Origin: Bdellovibrionota bacterium
GTDB lineage: Bacteria > Bdellovibrionota > UBA1018 > CAIPTA01 > JAALKR01
Direction of reading: 5' to 3'
Assembly (NCBI GenBank): GCA_965207455.1
Contig: CBDBMJ010000003.1
Location: 128,001-192,000 of the forward strand
Length of the DNA stretch: 64,000 nt
The number at the start of each line of letters is the position of its first letter. Position 1 is the stretch's first letter. The notes under the pieces are model-generated. The model was not told the DNA's origin and did no database searches. It worked only from the letters and a program-made list of their open reading frames with translations. A program made the position numbers and the translations under genes. This document shows positions 28,334 to 38,415 of this stretch, in pieces.

Positions 28334-29680
28334 ATGTTTCAAAATCCATTGTCAATAATTAGCATATCTTTGTTATTCGCCTTAGGCGGAAGCAATCTCC
28401 TATATGCTAAAAGTAGCCAGGGGTGTTTTAAAGAGAACAGTGATTGCCAGAAACATTTCAAAAAAATTAAAGCATGTTTGAACGTTCCTAAAACAAGTGC
28501 ATCGTTAGTAAGAGCAGGATGCAAAAAAATAAGTACAGGCTTTCAGGATGCAACTAAATGGGATAATATTTTAGAGGCGCTCAAAACAAGTAGAAACACA
28601 AATCTTGCAGACATAACTGCCTCTTCTTCGGGGCAAAAGGATCAAAACGCTGCATGTGTGGAGCTTAACAAAAACTCATCTCAGGAAATGAAATCAGCTA
28701 TTGCTAATTTAAAGGCGGCTTTTGAGAAAATAAATAAAGGCAAAAAACTTATAGATAAAGGGATAGCAAAACTCAGTGCACAGCAAGCTGCAAATCCAAA
28801 AGAAATCAAGAAGTACCAGGAATATTCCACTGCTGCGGAAAATATAAAGAGCCAAATCAAGAAAGAAATCAGAGAGTACTCCAGTCTCTCTAAAAATTTC
28901 AACAGCAATCAAGGAAAATGTGAACAAAATGAAAGCTCCACAAGCTCGCTAAAAAAACTTTATGAAAAAGAAAAGGAATTTAAAAAAGGCAAAGGAGGTC
29001 TTATATATGCTATGGGCAAGCAGCTACACTCTTTGGCCAAAGCTCGCAATAAAAGCATTAGCGGAAGCTCAGGGGCTAATCTTCTTTCAGATGCCGACAT
29101 AAAACTACCTCCACTCCCCACTCTTGAATGGGATGAAGAAACAGAGGAAGCCCAAGCATCTTCAGATTTCACTACTTCTCTTGCAGGGAGGGCTGGAAAT
29201 AAAAATATGGACAAGATTTTAAGTTCTAGCGAAGAATCGAATCCCAATACAAGTGGTGCTTCCACAGGTTTTCGTCACTCTAGTACACCCTCTGGAGGAA
29301 CTGCCATACCTCCATCTACAGCAAGCTCCACACCATCTGCAACAGGATCCACACAATCCTCATCCGTAATTGATAGCAAAATTGAAGTTGGCGCTATTTT
29401 GGAAAATGAAGAGTCCAATCTTTTCGCTTCGATCGCTTGGTCTGGCGGTGGTGGTGGGCTTGGTAATGGAATAGCTGGCAGCATAGATCCCAGTTTTAAA
29501 AATTTCTTTAACGATCAGCCCAAGAAAAATAATCGTACATATTCCAGCTATACTAGTGACTCTTCTCCAGATAGGCATTTAGCCGAACGAAAGGAAACGA
29601 AAGATGAAACAAGAGATTCTTTATTTGACCGCATACACCTCCAAATTTCATTGCTCTATGAGCAAGGCGAGGTTCGGTAA
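28334..29680 (+). CDS. Secreted coiled-coil protein with the same C-terminal motif
   Basis: Signal peptide; Cys pairs; Ser-rich linker; ends SLFDRIHLQISLLYEQGEV. Confidence 0.8.
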   Translation: MFQNPLSIISISLLFALGGSNLLYAKSSQGCFKENSDCQKHFKKIKACLNVPKTSASLVRAGCKKISTGFQDATKWDNILEALKTSRNTNLADITASSSGQKDQNAACVELNKNSSQEMKSAIANLKAAFEKINKGKKLIDKGIAKLSAQQAANPKEIKKYQEYSTAAENIKSQIKKEIREYSSLSKNFNSNQGKCEQNESSTSSLKKLYEKEKEFKKGKGGLIYAMGKQLHSLAKARNKSISGSSGANLLSDADIKLPPLPTLEWDEETEEAQASSDFTTSLAGRAGNKNMDKILSSSEESNPNTSGASTGFRHSSTPSGGTAIPPSTASSTPSATGSTQSSSVIDSKIEVGAILENEESNLFASIAWSGGGGGLGNGIAGSIDPSFKNFFNDQPKKNNRTYSSYTSDSSPDRHLAERKETKDETRDSLFDRIHLQISLLYEQGEVR

Positions 29681-29700
29681 TTTTTAGAAAGGAAAAGAAA

Positions 29701-31185
29701 ATGCTAAACTCAAAATACATTACATTTGCTCTATTTATGGGATTTCTATTTGCATTTCCTGCTTGGAACAATCCATCTCTAGCAGCTACAGAAAAGGAAG
29801 AGTGTGAGGAGAAGGATGGTAAGTATTGGGATGAAGATGATGAGGAATGTAAAAAGAAAAGAGCGAGAAGCAGGTGCAGTAAAAACACTGATAAATATAG
29901 TTCTGCTTGCGAAAAGGCAAGGGAAGCGATAGTTGATGCTAAAGATCGCCGTAAAATAGCCCAAGCTGCTGATCTGGCAACTGCGACTACCATTGGAATA
30001 ATCAACGCAAATAATTTTAGGCCTTACGATGAAAAAGCTAGTATCAGGCAACAAAAAACTGCTTTAACAGTAACTGGAATCAGCATGGCAGCAAAGGTTG
30101 CAAACAATCTGTGGAGTGTGAGAGAACTCGATAAGGCAGCAGAGGAAGCTGAACGTGAAAGCACTAAGGTAGAGGGATTAAGAGAAAATTATAACCAAGC
30201 TCGTAGTCGAGCTCGACAAGCAAATTCTAACTCAATAGTAAATGCTGCGTTCGATGAACATTTAGATGAAAGCGAAACTATGAACGAACTATATAGAAAA
30301 AGTGCTCAAACGGCTCACGGCTCTATCCCCCTTACTGAAAAAAAGCACACTAATTTTGTGGGCGCTCTATCGACTGACGCAAAAGAGATCATTAATAAGG
30401 GTGGTGACAGCGTAAGTGCTTTTGGACGAAACGCCACACGTGCAAGGGATCAATTGAATAGTGCCAGAAGAGCTGCTGAAAATGCATCTGACGGGTCTAT
30501 GGCTGAGACTCTTCTGAACTCAGTAGTCTTAGCTACGATTCCCATAGGTCTAAGCAGTTTAAACAGACTAGAAAAAAGTCTTGAACCAGTACCACTATCA
30601 TCTGAGATAGAATTTGGTGAGAGACGTACTGTTGCTTCTACTGCTCCCGGGGATGACTTTATCAGCCTAGGTGATCTTGGTGGTGATGATAGATACGATG
30701 GCAGCGGTATTCCTGCTGGAGCGAGGCGAGGAATTGAAGCTAAAAATTCATTTCCAACGATAGAGCCAGATAAATCTGCTGCCAATAACCAAGGATTTGG
30801 TGCAGGTGTTGCTGGCGCTCCCGGCGGGGGCGGACTTGCTGGCGGTGCCAACGCTGATCCCAACTCTAATGATAATAATGATTTTGGCTATACGGGGAGT
30901 GGAAAAATTGATTATCGACCAAGCAGTGGCGCTAAAGGGCTAAACTCTGGGTTTTCCAATGCTCCCAGCAAAGCGAGTGCAATGCAAGAAGCTTTGAAAT
31001 CCTTATTGGGTGGCAAAGGGGAAAAGGATAAAAACAGTCTTTCCTTTGGAGAGAACAAGGACAGAACCTTAGCCAGTAGAAGCGGAACTAATAGTGCTAC
31101 GGATATTGGGGAGAAAAACGGGCGTACGATTTTCCAGCGCGTGCAGTCTGCGTATGAAAGAGCGCAACTGAGTGGTTCTATTTAG
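29701..31185 (+). CDS. Secreted helical protein with the same C-terminal motif
   Basis: Signal peptide; Cys pairs; Gly-rich linker; ends TIFQRVQSAYERAQLSGSI. Confidence 0.8.
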   Translation: MLNSKYITFALFMGFLFAFPAWNNPSLAATEKEECEEKDGKYWDEDDEECKKKRARSRCSKNTDKYSSACEKAREAIVDAKDRRKIAQAADLATATTIGIINANNFRPYDEKASIRQQKTALTVTGISMAAKVANNLWSVRELDKAAEEAERESTKVEGLRENYNQARSRARQANSNSIVNAAFDEHLDESETMNELYRKSAQTAHGSIPLTEKKHTNFVGALSTDAKEIINKGGDSVSAFGRNATRARDQLNSARRAAENASDGSMAETLLNSVVLATIPIGLSSLNRLEKSLEPVPLSSEIEFGERRTVASTAPGDDFISLGDLGGDDRYDGSGIPAGARRGIEAKNSFPTIEPDKSAANNQGFGAGVAGAPGGGGLAGGANADPNSNDNNDFGYTGSGKIDYRPSSGAKGLNSGFSNAPSKASAMQEALKSLLGGKGEKDKNSLSFGENKDRTLASRSGTNSATDIGEKNGRTIFQRVQSAYERAQLSGSI

Positions 31186-33179
31186 AGATCCCTCTGACTA
31201 GAGGCTCCCTCTAGCAAAATTTCTGCTATATCTTTCACCACCACAGTTTCCTGTTGTTCTTCTGTTTTTATGCCGTCGGTAATCATGGTTGTGCAGAATG
31301 GACAGTTTAAGGCCACTGTTTTTGTTTTCGTGGCAAGGAGTTCTTGGGTTCGTTCCACGTTAATTCGCTTGCCTGTTGTTTCTTCCATAAAAATCCTAGC
31401 GCCTCCAGCACCACAGCAAAGTCCTGACTTGCGATTTCGTTTCACTTCTTCGATTTTCACACCAGCGGCCTTTAGTAAATCTCTGGGAGCTTCGTACACA
31501 CCATTCCAGCGTCCCATATAGCAGGAATCATGGTAGGTAACCGTTGTGTCTTGGTTTTTTGTTGGAATTTTTCCCTGTTTAACCAAGTCCAGAAGAAATG
31601 CGGAGTGGTGGACCACATTGTATTGGGCGCCAAAGGCTGGGTATTCATTTTTCAATGTATTGAAGCAGTGGGGGCAAGCAGCGAGTATGGTTCGGGGTTG
31701 GTATTTGCGGAGTGTTTTCACATTTTCTTGGATAAGCATTTGGGCTAGGTATTCATTGCCTGCACGTCGAGCAGGATCTCCGTTGCATTTTTCTTCCTTT
31801 CCCAGTATTGCAAAATCCACACCTGCCATTTGGAGAAGTTTCACAATGGCAGTGGCTACTTTTTTTGCTCTATCGTCGAAGGATCCAGCACAACCCACAT
31901 AATAGAGCACTGAAGCCTTGGGGTGATCTGCCATTTGCTGTACGCCGAGGTCTGCGCACCAGTCTGCTCGTGTGTCGTGGGGGAAGGCCCAGGGGGCGAA
32001 ATTATTTTCTAGGTTTTTAAATACGGTTTGTAATTCACTGGGAAATTCAGATTTCATTTGCACAAGATTTCTTCGAAGTTCAAAGATTGGATTCAATTGC
32101 TCAATTTTCACTGGGCAGTTTGTCTCACAGGCACGACAACTGGTACAAGCCCAGAGGACTTCGGGAGAAATTTCCCGACCTATACCAACAATTGCAGGCA
32201 GTGCCTTTTCTCCTTTTTTCAATATTATGGAGGCATTCTCCAAAAGTTCTTCCTTCAAGTCACGGATTATTTTCATGGGAGAGAGGGACTTTCCCGTAAT
32301 TGTTGCTGGACAAGCTTCCTCGCAACGACCACATTCCGTGCAAGAGTACACGTCCAGTATATTTTTCCAGCTCAGTTCCGATATATTTCCCAGACCATAG
32401 CTTTCCACGGACTCATCTTCAAAATTTGTTTTTGGTAACGGCTTTGCCAGTTCCAGTCGTTGAAAAAATACATTGGGAGCCGCTGTGAGTATATGGAGGT
32501 GTTTCGAGTTAGGAATATAGGCAAGAAAGCCAAAGACCATAAGAAGGTGGGTCCAATAAAAAAACTCCAGTCCAATAAAAGCTTGCATGGAAGAAAGTTC
32601 CATTAGCCCTTGGGCAAAGAATGAGGAGAAAATAAAGTATTCATTTAAAACACTTTGTGGGTAGGAAATAATTCGAAAAACATTAAAGCCTAAAAGGGTA
32701 AGCATAAGCATGGCTGTAAATACAAGTATGAGTTTTGCGTCCAAGCTATTTTTTAAATGAGGAGGACGAAGAATTAGCCTACGGTAAAACCCAAAGACCA
32801 CACCTAAAAGTACGCCCACTATGGCAAAGTCAGCCATCCATAGATACGCACCGTAGAGATTTATGGAAAGTATTCCTAAGTTTATTCCAAAACATCCCTC
32901 TATCACCATTTCCACCGTACCAATGGTAATAATTAAAAAGCCCCAAAAAATAAATGTGTGGGCTAGGCCCACAGTGAATTTATCCCGTCGAACAGAACGT
33001 TGCCAGATAACTTCTATGAGAAAATTTAGTAAACGTTTGGGTATTTCCTGAATACTTGGTCCCGGAGATTTCGCAGCTGCCATCAATAGGTATAATTTTC
33101 TTGTTTGGAAAAAGAAATATGCAGATGCGCTACAAAAGGTCAGTACCACAAGCAAGGGTTTGATTACTGCTATATACAT
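31182..33179 (-). CDS. Membrane Fe-S oxidoreductase with CCG domains (FadF/HdrD-like, ETF-linked)
   Basis: TM N-terminus, CTECGRCEEACP, CTSCRACETNCP, YHDSC, CCGAGG; follows etfBA. Confidence 0.92.
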   Translation of the reverse strand: MYIAVIKPLLVVLTFCSASAYFFFQTRKLYLLMAAAKSPGPSIQEIPKRLLNFLIEVIWQRSVRRDKFTVGLAHTFIFWGFLIITIGTVEMVIEGCFGINLGILSINLYGAYLWMADFAIVGVLLGVVFGFYRRLILRPPHLKNSLDAKLILVFTAMLMLTLLGFNVFRIISYPQSVLNEYFIFSSFFAQGLMELSSMQAFIGLEFFYWTHLLMVFGFLAYIPNSKHLHILTAAPNVFFQRLELAKPLPKTNFEDESVESYGLGNISELSWKNILDVYSCTECGRCEEACPATITGKSLSPMKIIRDLKEELLENASIILKKGEKALPAIVGIGREISPEVLWACTSCRACETNCPVKIEQLNPIFELRRNLVQMKSEFPSELQTVFKNLENNFAPWAFPHDTRADWCADLGVQQMADHPKASVLYYVGCAGSFDDRAKKVATAIVKLLQMAGVDFAILGKEEKCNGDPARRAGNEYLAQMLIQENVKTLRKYQPRTILAACPHCFNTLKNEYPAFGAQYNVVHHSAFLLDLVKQGKIPTKNQDTTVTYHDSCYMGRWNGVYEAPRDLLKAAGVKIEEVKRNRKSGLCCGAGGARIFMEETTGKRINVERTQELLATKTKTVALNCPFCTTMITDGIKTEEQQETVVVKDIAEILLEGASSQRDL

Positions 33180-33185
33180 GGACTC

Positions 33186-34157
33186 TTATAAAAACTCTTT
33201 TCCATCTTTGGTCAATTGCGGTGCAAGCTCAAACAGATCGGCCACCACTCCATAGTCTGCTTTTTGAAAAATAGGTGCACCAGGATCCGTATTAATAGCC
33301 ACAATTACCTTGGACGTGCGCATGCCCGCTAAATGTTGTATGGCACCGCTAATGCCAAAAGCCAAATACAGCTCAGGAGATACGGTTTTACCTGTTTGTC
33401 CCACTTGATCCTTATGGGGGCGATAGCCTGCATCCACGGCAGCTCGGGAAGCTCCAACGGTGGCTCCCAGCACTTTAGCCAGATCTTCGAGTATTTGAAA
33501 GTTTTCTTTGCTTTTTAAGGATCGTCCTCCGGAAACAATTCGTTGTGCCTCTGTTAAGTCCACGATGTTGACATTTTCTCCCTCCACTCGATCTAGGACT
33601 TTTGTGGCAACGGGGCCCGGGTCTATGGGGGATACTTGCGTTTGTGGTGTGTGGGTTTGCGTGTTTTTTTCTTTCATTCCTAAGGAGTTCGGTCGAACAG
33701 TGGCCAAGTATGGCTTAGCACCTTGAAACTCCACGCGAGCATAACATTTTCCTGAATACAGGGCACGAGTGGCTCCTAGAGTATTGCCGTCAAAACTTAA
33801 ATCCACGCAATCGCTGGCCATTCCTGCGTCCAACTGTGCTGCCATTCGAGGGAAAAAATCTTTTGTACAAGCGCTCACACTGGAAAGAATCATATCCACG
33901 TCTAGGGATTTCGCCATAGCGGTTAATGCGTTAGCAAAACCTTCGGGGGAATAGCTCTCCAGCCCGTCGTGCTCAAGCAGGTGTAGGGTGTGGGGGGAGT
34001 ATTCTTGGATTTGAGCTTGCGCATTTTTGGTCGCCTTTCCCACAAGTACTCCATGGAGTTCCACTCCATTCCAAGTGGCCACATGGGAGAGTAGTTCCAT
34101 GGAACTTTTCTTTAGTTCGTCGTTCGTATGCTCGCAAAAAACAAGTGCTTTTTTCAT
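33186..34157 (-). CDS. etfA: Electron transfer flavoprotein alpha subunit
   Basis: VSGGRS, GASRAAVDAG, QVGQTGK, GISGAIQHLAGM. Confidence 0.96.
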   Translation of the reverse strand: MKKALVFCEHTNDELKKSSMELLSHVATWNGVELHGVLVGKATKNAQAQIQEYSPHTLHLLEHDGLESYSPEGFANALTAMAKSLDVDMILSSVSACTKDFFPRMAAQLDAGMASDCVDLSFDGNTLGATRALYSGKCYARVEFQGAKPYLATVRPNSLGMKEKNTQTHTPQTQVSPIDPGPVATKVLDRVEGENVNIVDLTEAQRIVSGGRSLKSKENFQILEDLAKVLGATVGASRAAVDAGYRPHKDQVGQTGKTVSPELYLAFGISGAIQHLAGMRTSKVIVAINTDPGAPIFQKADYGVVADLFELAPQLTKDGKEFL

Positions 34158-34930
34158 AGCGCTTTCGCCTCTTCTCGCAAGCGAGTCAATAACTCTTTGG
34201 ATTGCGTGGGTATGTCTCCTTCGATCATCTGGCAACTTTTTCGTTCAGGTGGGAGAGTGAAGTTAAAGTATTTTAATTTTATGTCGCTGGCGTTTAAGCC
34301 TAAGTCGTCTAGGGAGACTTTTCGTATTTCCTTTTTCTTCGCTTTCATAATATTGGGCAAAGAGGCGTAACGGGGTTCGTTCATTCCTTTTTGGACCGCG
34401 ATAAGACAGGGAGTGGGCACAACGTACTTTTCTATTACACCGCCCTCTATTTCCCGATCCACTTTCAGGGAGGAGGGATCGCTGTAGTCTATGCGAAGTA
34501 CAATTGTAACAGCGGGTAGGTTTAGAAAGGAGCCCATGGCTTGGGTGACTTGGGCAGCATCGTCGTCGATAGCTTGTTTTCCTGTAAAAATAAGATGGGG
34601 ACTGCCTTCTTTTTCCACGGTTTTCGCCAATGCTTTTGCAGCGAGATAGGAGTCAGCGTTTTCGGGGAGTTCCACATGGATAGCTTGGTCGCAACCCATG
34701 GCAAGGGCTGTGCGCAAGCAACTGGAGACCCTGTCAGGCCCTCCACTTAGCACTGTCACTGTAGCTGTGGGATTTCCTTCCTTAAAGCGTAGGGCTTCTT
34801 CCACGGCAAATTCGTCGTAAGGACACAGTATCCACTTGAGGTTTTCCCCTTGAACTCCGTTCCCGTCCGATCGAATCTGTATTCGGGCTTCTGTGTCCGG
34901 TACCTGCTTTACACAAACAAAAATATTCAT
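34154..34930 (-). CDS. etfB: Electron transfer flavoprotein beta subunit
   Basis: VCVKQVPDT, DEFAVEEAL, GKQAIDDD, NEPRYASL. Confidence 0.96.
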   Translation of the reverse strand: MNIFVCVKQVPDTEARIQIRSDGNGVQGENLKWILCPYDEFAVEEALRFKEGNPTATVTVLSGGPDRVSSCLRTALAMGCDQAIHVELPENADSYLAAKALAKTVEKEGSPHLIFTGKQAIDDDAAQVTQAMGSFLNLPAVTIVLRIDYSDPSSLKVDREIEGGVIEKYVVPTPCLIAVQKGMNEPRYASLPNIMKAKKKEIRKVSLDDLGLNASDIKLKYFNFTLPPERKSCQMIEGDIPTQSKELLTRLREEAKAL

Positions 34931-34992
34931 TTCAACCAAACTTTGTAGCATAAAAAAGTATCCCGTGGGACGAGATATTTATTTTTCTAAAT

Positions 34993-35202
34993 TTATCTAT
35001 ATGCATCATCTTTTTTCTCATCCAATCCCGGTAGGTAGTTGGGGTCGGTTCTTGGGCATTTGAGGTCGTAGACAGAGCACTGAAGTGCGGGAATTTTAGG
35101 TTTTTCTGGAATAATAGCAAATTGGGGAGGGGCTTTTACGCCGCAACCAGTCATCATAAGTCCCCATAGGATGAAAAATGTGCTGTTTAAGAGTTTTTTC
35201 AT
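34993..35202 (-). CDS. Small lipoprotein (LptM/YifL-like CG.K.P motif)
   Basis: Lipobox MTGC followed by GVKAPP. Confidence 0.6.
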   Translation of the reverse strand: MKKLLNSTFFILWGLMMTGCGVKAPPQFAIIPEKPKIPALQCSVYDLKCPRTDPNYLPGLDEKKDDAYR

Positions 35203-35214
35203 TCCCCAGTTGTA

Positions 35215-36243
35215 CTAGAATTTTAGAGCTGTGCCAACCATGAATCCGGTATTCCCAAAGTCGACGCGCAGATCAATGGTTCGACTAAGTACTAGGGCGC
35301 TACCCAGGCCAAAAGTCAGGCGGTTTTCTTCCAAAAAATACAAGTATTCGCTGGAGAGCTTTCCCTCGGCGGACAAAAAGTTATGTTCATATCCCACATA
35401 CAGGTAGGAGAAAAACAGATCATTCCATTCCTGGTTATAATACAGTCGTGCAAAGGCAGGAAATACTTCTACGCCCGTAAATTGTTCACCGTCAGGTAGA
35501 GACGTGTCTTTTACTCTAAATTTATATATACCCAATCCCACTTCCATGGAGAGGCGCAGTGGAATTTTCCTTTTAATCCACAGGTAGAAATTAAAGTTAT
35601 GGATATAGCTAAGCCACGTTCCACTATAAATTGTGCTGGGATTCGCGTCAGGGGATTTAATTTTCAAGGGAATATTTGTATTCTGGAACCCTCCTAACCC
35701 AATATTAATACTGTGATCTTTTTTATACTGAGGTTTAGGAAACCTGGGCCTTAGGGTAGTTTCTGGATTATATTCTATTCCGTCTGGATCGGGCTCATAC
35801 TCCCTTCCCTCCTTTGTGAAAAAGGGCTCACTACCTGGATTTTCATCTAGGTCGTCCACCAGTACTTCATCATCGGCAGACAATACGCCATCTGGAAGTT
35901 GAGGAACATCCGGCAAAGGGATGCCATAGAGCATATTATAGGCCTCTCCCTTATAGAGTATTTCCTTGGAGTATGTGGCCACAATATAAACAGCCGACTG
36001 ATCGGGGAAAAGTTTAATCACCCGTGCAGCCACAATTTTTTTATCTCTTCGTCGAATCAATATGGCTTCATTTATGACCAGCCCTATTCGTTTCCCCACA
36101 TTGATCATCAGAGTAAGGCCTGTGGAGCTTTTTTCTAAAATAAGGACTTCGCTTCGCTTTGCGCTACTTTCTTCTACCCATAGGAGCATGACTAAAGGTA
36201 TGATAAGAAAAAATAGAGTTTTTCTTCGTGTCTGGTTTACCAT
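35215..36243 (-). CDS. Exported protein with probable C-terminal outer-membrane beta-barrel
   Basis: Signal peptide, acidic linker, amphipathic strands, terminal Phe. Confidence 0.6.
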   Translation of the reverse strand: MVNQTRRKTLFFLIIPLVMLLWVEESSAKRSEVLILEKSSTGLTLMINVGKRIGLVINEAILIRRRDKKIVAARVIKLFPDQSAVYIVATYSKEILYKGEAYNMLYGIPLPDVPQLPDGVLSADDEVLVDDLDENPGSEPFFTKEGREYEPDPDGIEYNPETTLRPRFPKPQYKKDHSINIGLGGFQNTNIPLKIKSPDANPSTIYSGTWLSYIHNFNFYLWIKRKIPLRLSMEVGLGIYKFRVKDTSLPDGEQFTGVEVFPAFARLYYNQEWNDLFFSYLYVGYEHNFLSAEGKLSSEYLYFLEENRLTFGLGSALVLSRTIDLRVDFGNTGFMVGTALKF

Positions 36244-36299
36244 TCTTGTTACAGAATAAGAGGGACAGCCCAGGAAGTCAATTATTAGGGGAAGGTAAC

Positions 36300-37334
36300 G
36301 TGAAAGCAAGCAATGAAACCATCGCCCAGTCCCTCTTAAACACCAAGCACCTAAACTGTGCTAGCCTGCCCACCCCTATCCATCGCCTCAACCGACTCTC
36401 GGAAGAGCTGGGAGTGGATTTGCATATAAAGCGCGACGATGTCACTGATTTTATTTTAGGTGGTAACAAGGTACGCAAATTAAACTTTCTTTTTCAAGAG
36501 GCTCTCGACAAGGGGAGCACTTGTGTGATCACCTGTGGAGGTATTCAGTCCAATCATTGTAGGGCTGTGGCTGCCCTTGCTGCCCGCCTTGGCTTGGATT
36601 GTGTTTTGCTCCTTGCGGGGCAACCGCAAGTTATTCAGGGCAATTTACTTTTGAGCCATCTATTTTCTGCGGAAATTCACTATGTGAGCAAGGAGGAGTA
36701 TGAGGAGAAAAGTTTACTCCTACGAAAGTTAGCCTCTCAGGTAAGGGACCGGGGTGGTAAGCCCTATATTATTCCTGAGGGTGGATCCAATACGCTGGGC
36801 ATGATGGGTTATATACATATGTGGCAAGAGTTAGAGGCGCAGTTGGGCACGGAGGATATTCCAAAAAGTTTTGATTCTATTGTGAGTGCCACAGGAAGTG
36901 GGGGCACACAGGGTGGTTTAATTTTAGGAAAAATGGGATCGAAATCCCCTATTGCTACTATGCGAGTGGTGGGAGTAAATGTTTGTTACGACAAGAAAAA
37001 AACATTTCAATTGATAAAAGATCTCCTTTGGAAGTCTATTACTCAAAATCAATGGCCCTATTCTTTTCTTCATTCGGACATTGACTTGCTCGACGGTTTT
37101 ATCGGCAAAGGATATGGAAAAACAACTCCTGAAGAATTACGCTTTATTCATAAAGTGGCTCGTACCGAGGGTGTTTTACTGGACCCCACCTATTCGGGAA
37201 AAGCTTTTCTGGGACTCTACGAGACTCTTAAAAAAGATAAGCACGCCTTTGGAAAATCCATTCTATTTCTTCACACAGGTGGTGCCTTTGCTAATTTCAT
37301 CCATGAAAGAGAGTGGCAGGAGATTGTGGGATGA
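36300..37334 (+). CDS. D-cysteine desulfhydrase/ACC deaminase family PLP enzyme
   Basis: IKRDD, GGNKVRKL, GGIQSNH, GSGGT, LDPTYSGKA, HTGG. Confidence 0.92.
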   Translation: MKASNETIAQSLLNTKHLNCASLPTPIHRLNRLSEELGVDLHIKRDDVTDFILGGNKVRKLNFLFQEALDKGSTCVITCGGIQSNHCRAVAALAARLGLDCVLLLAGQPQVIQGNLLLSHLFSAEIHYVSKEEYEEKSLLLRKLASQVRDRGGKPYIIPEGGSNTLGMMGYIHMWQELEAQLGTEDIPKSFDSIVSATGSGGTQGGLILGKMGSKSPIATMRVVGVNVCYDKKKTFQLIKDLLWKSITQNQWPYSFLHSDIDLLDGFIGKGYGKTTPEELRFIHKVARTEGVLLDPTYSGKAFLGLYETLKKDKHAFGKSILFLHTGGAFANFIHEREWQEIVG

Positions 37335-38317
37335 GAGCAAGCTCGAAAAATTTTTTCTCGATTTTTTTTTTCTCCCTATTTTTCTCGATTTTTTTTATTG
37401 CCTTCGCCTTTGACTACAGCCATGCATCTGAACTAAGGGCAGATCAGGTCAGCGATTTCTTTTTAGCGGGAACAAAGCTTCTCAAGGAGAAGAAGTATCC
37501 TCAGGCAATAAAAGAATTTGAAGCGGCTGCACAGGAAAACCCTAAGCACGTGGCTACTTATTTGGGTTGGGCACGGGGATTGGTTCTATCCCGAAAGCGA
37601 AAAGTTGGTTTGGAAAAACTCTCCCAGGCTATGGCGATAGCAAAAAATACAGAAGACCGGAAGAAAATCCGAAAGCAGTATGGTATTTTTTCTGAGATTT
37701 TTTATACAAACAAAACTTTCCAAAAGTACCAGGACGGCTTAAATTCATTGAAGGTAAAAAAGCTTCGCGAGGCTTTGCAAAATTTCGAGAAAGCCCTCGC
37801 CAAGGATCCCTTCAATGTTCTAATTTTACTCACCTATGGACAAACGCTGCGGGGACTAGACGAATGGGGCGCGGCGGTAAAAGCATTAGAGCAGGCATTT
37901 ACCTTAAACCCCTATAAAAGAGAACTTCGTTTTCAATTAAGCCTTACTTTGCTCCATCGCAAGCCCAAGCAATCTTTAAAGGTCATGAAGCCTATTATAA
38001 GATCCAAAAATGCTCGAACAAAAGATATTATTTTATACGCTAGAGTGTTGGGGCAGTTGGGAAAATTAAAACAAGCCATTAAATTTTTAGAAGAAAATAG
38101 GGACAAGAGGAAAACAGAAATTCATGCTTTATACTGGCTGGGGAAACTATACTCTCAAACGACAAATGGAAGTTGGCAAGCAAGGAAATACCTCACCATA
38201 TTTCTACGCCAAGAGAGACGACTGAAAACCCCATCCCTTACCGCACTCCGCGAGGATGGGGAAAAAACCCTATCTGCCGTAAACAAACATTTAGGCTTAG
38301 AGCCAGCTAGTAAATAA
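37331..38317 (+). CDS. Exported tetratricopeptide-repeat protein
   Basis: Hydrophobic N-terminus and repeated TPR-like helical pairs. Confidence 0.8.
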   Translation: MRASSKNFFSIFFFSLFFSIFFIAFAFDYSHASELRADQVSDFFLAGTKLLKEKKYPQAIKEFEAAAQENPKHVATYLGWARGLVLSRKRKVGLEKLSQAMAIAKNTEDRKKIRKQYGIFSEIFYTNKTFQKYQDGLNSLKVKKLREALQNFEKALAKDPFNVLILLTYGQTLRGLDEWGAAVKALEQAFTLNPYKRELRFQLSLTLLHRKPKQSLKVMKPIIRSKNARTKDIILYARVLGQLGKLKQAIKFLEENRDKRKTEIHALYWLGKLYSQTTNGSWQARKYLTIFLRQERRLKTPSLTALREDGEKTLSAVNKHLGLEPASK

Positions 38318-38415
38318 CTGTTACAGGGTATTCCCTCCAATTATTTCCTCAAAAAAACAATCAATCCTTAATATTCTACGAAAATGGACGATAGGTATTG
38401 TAGGGAGACATAGTT

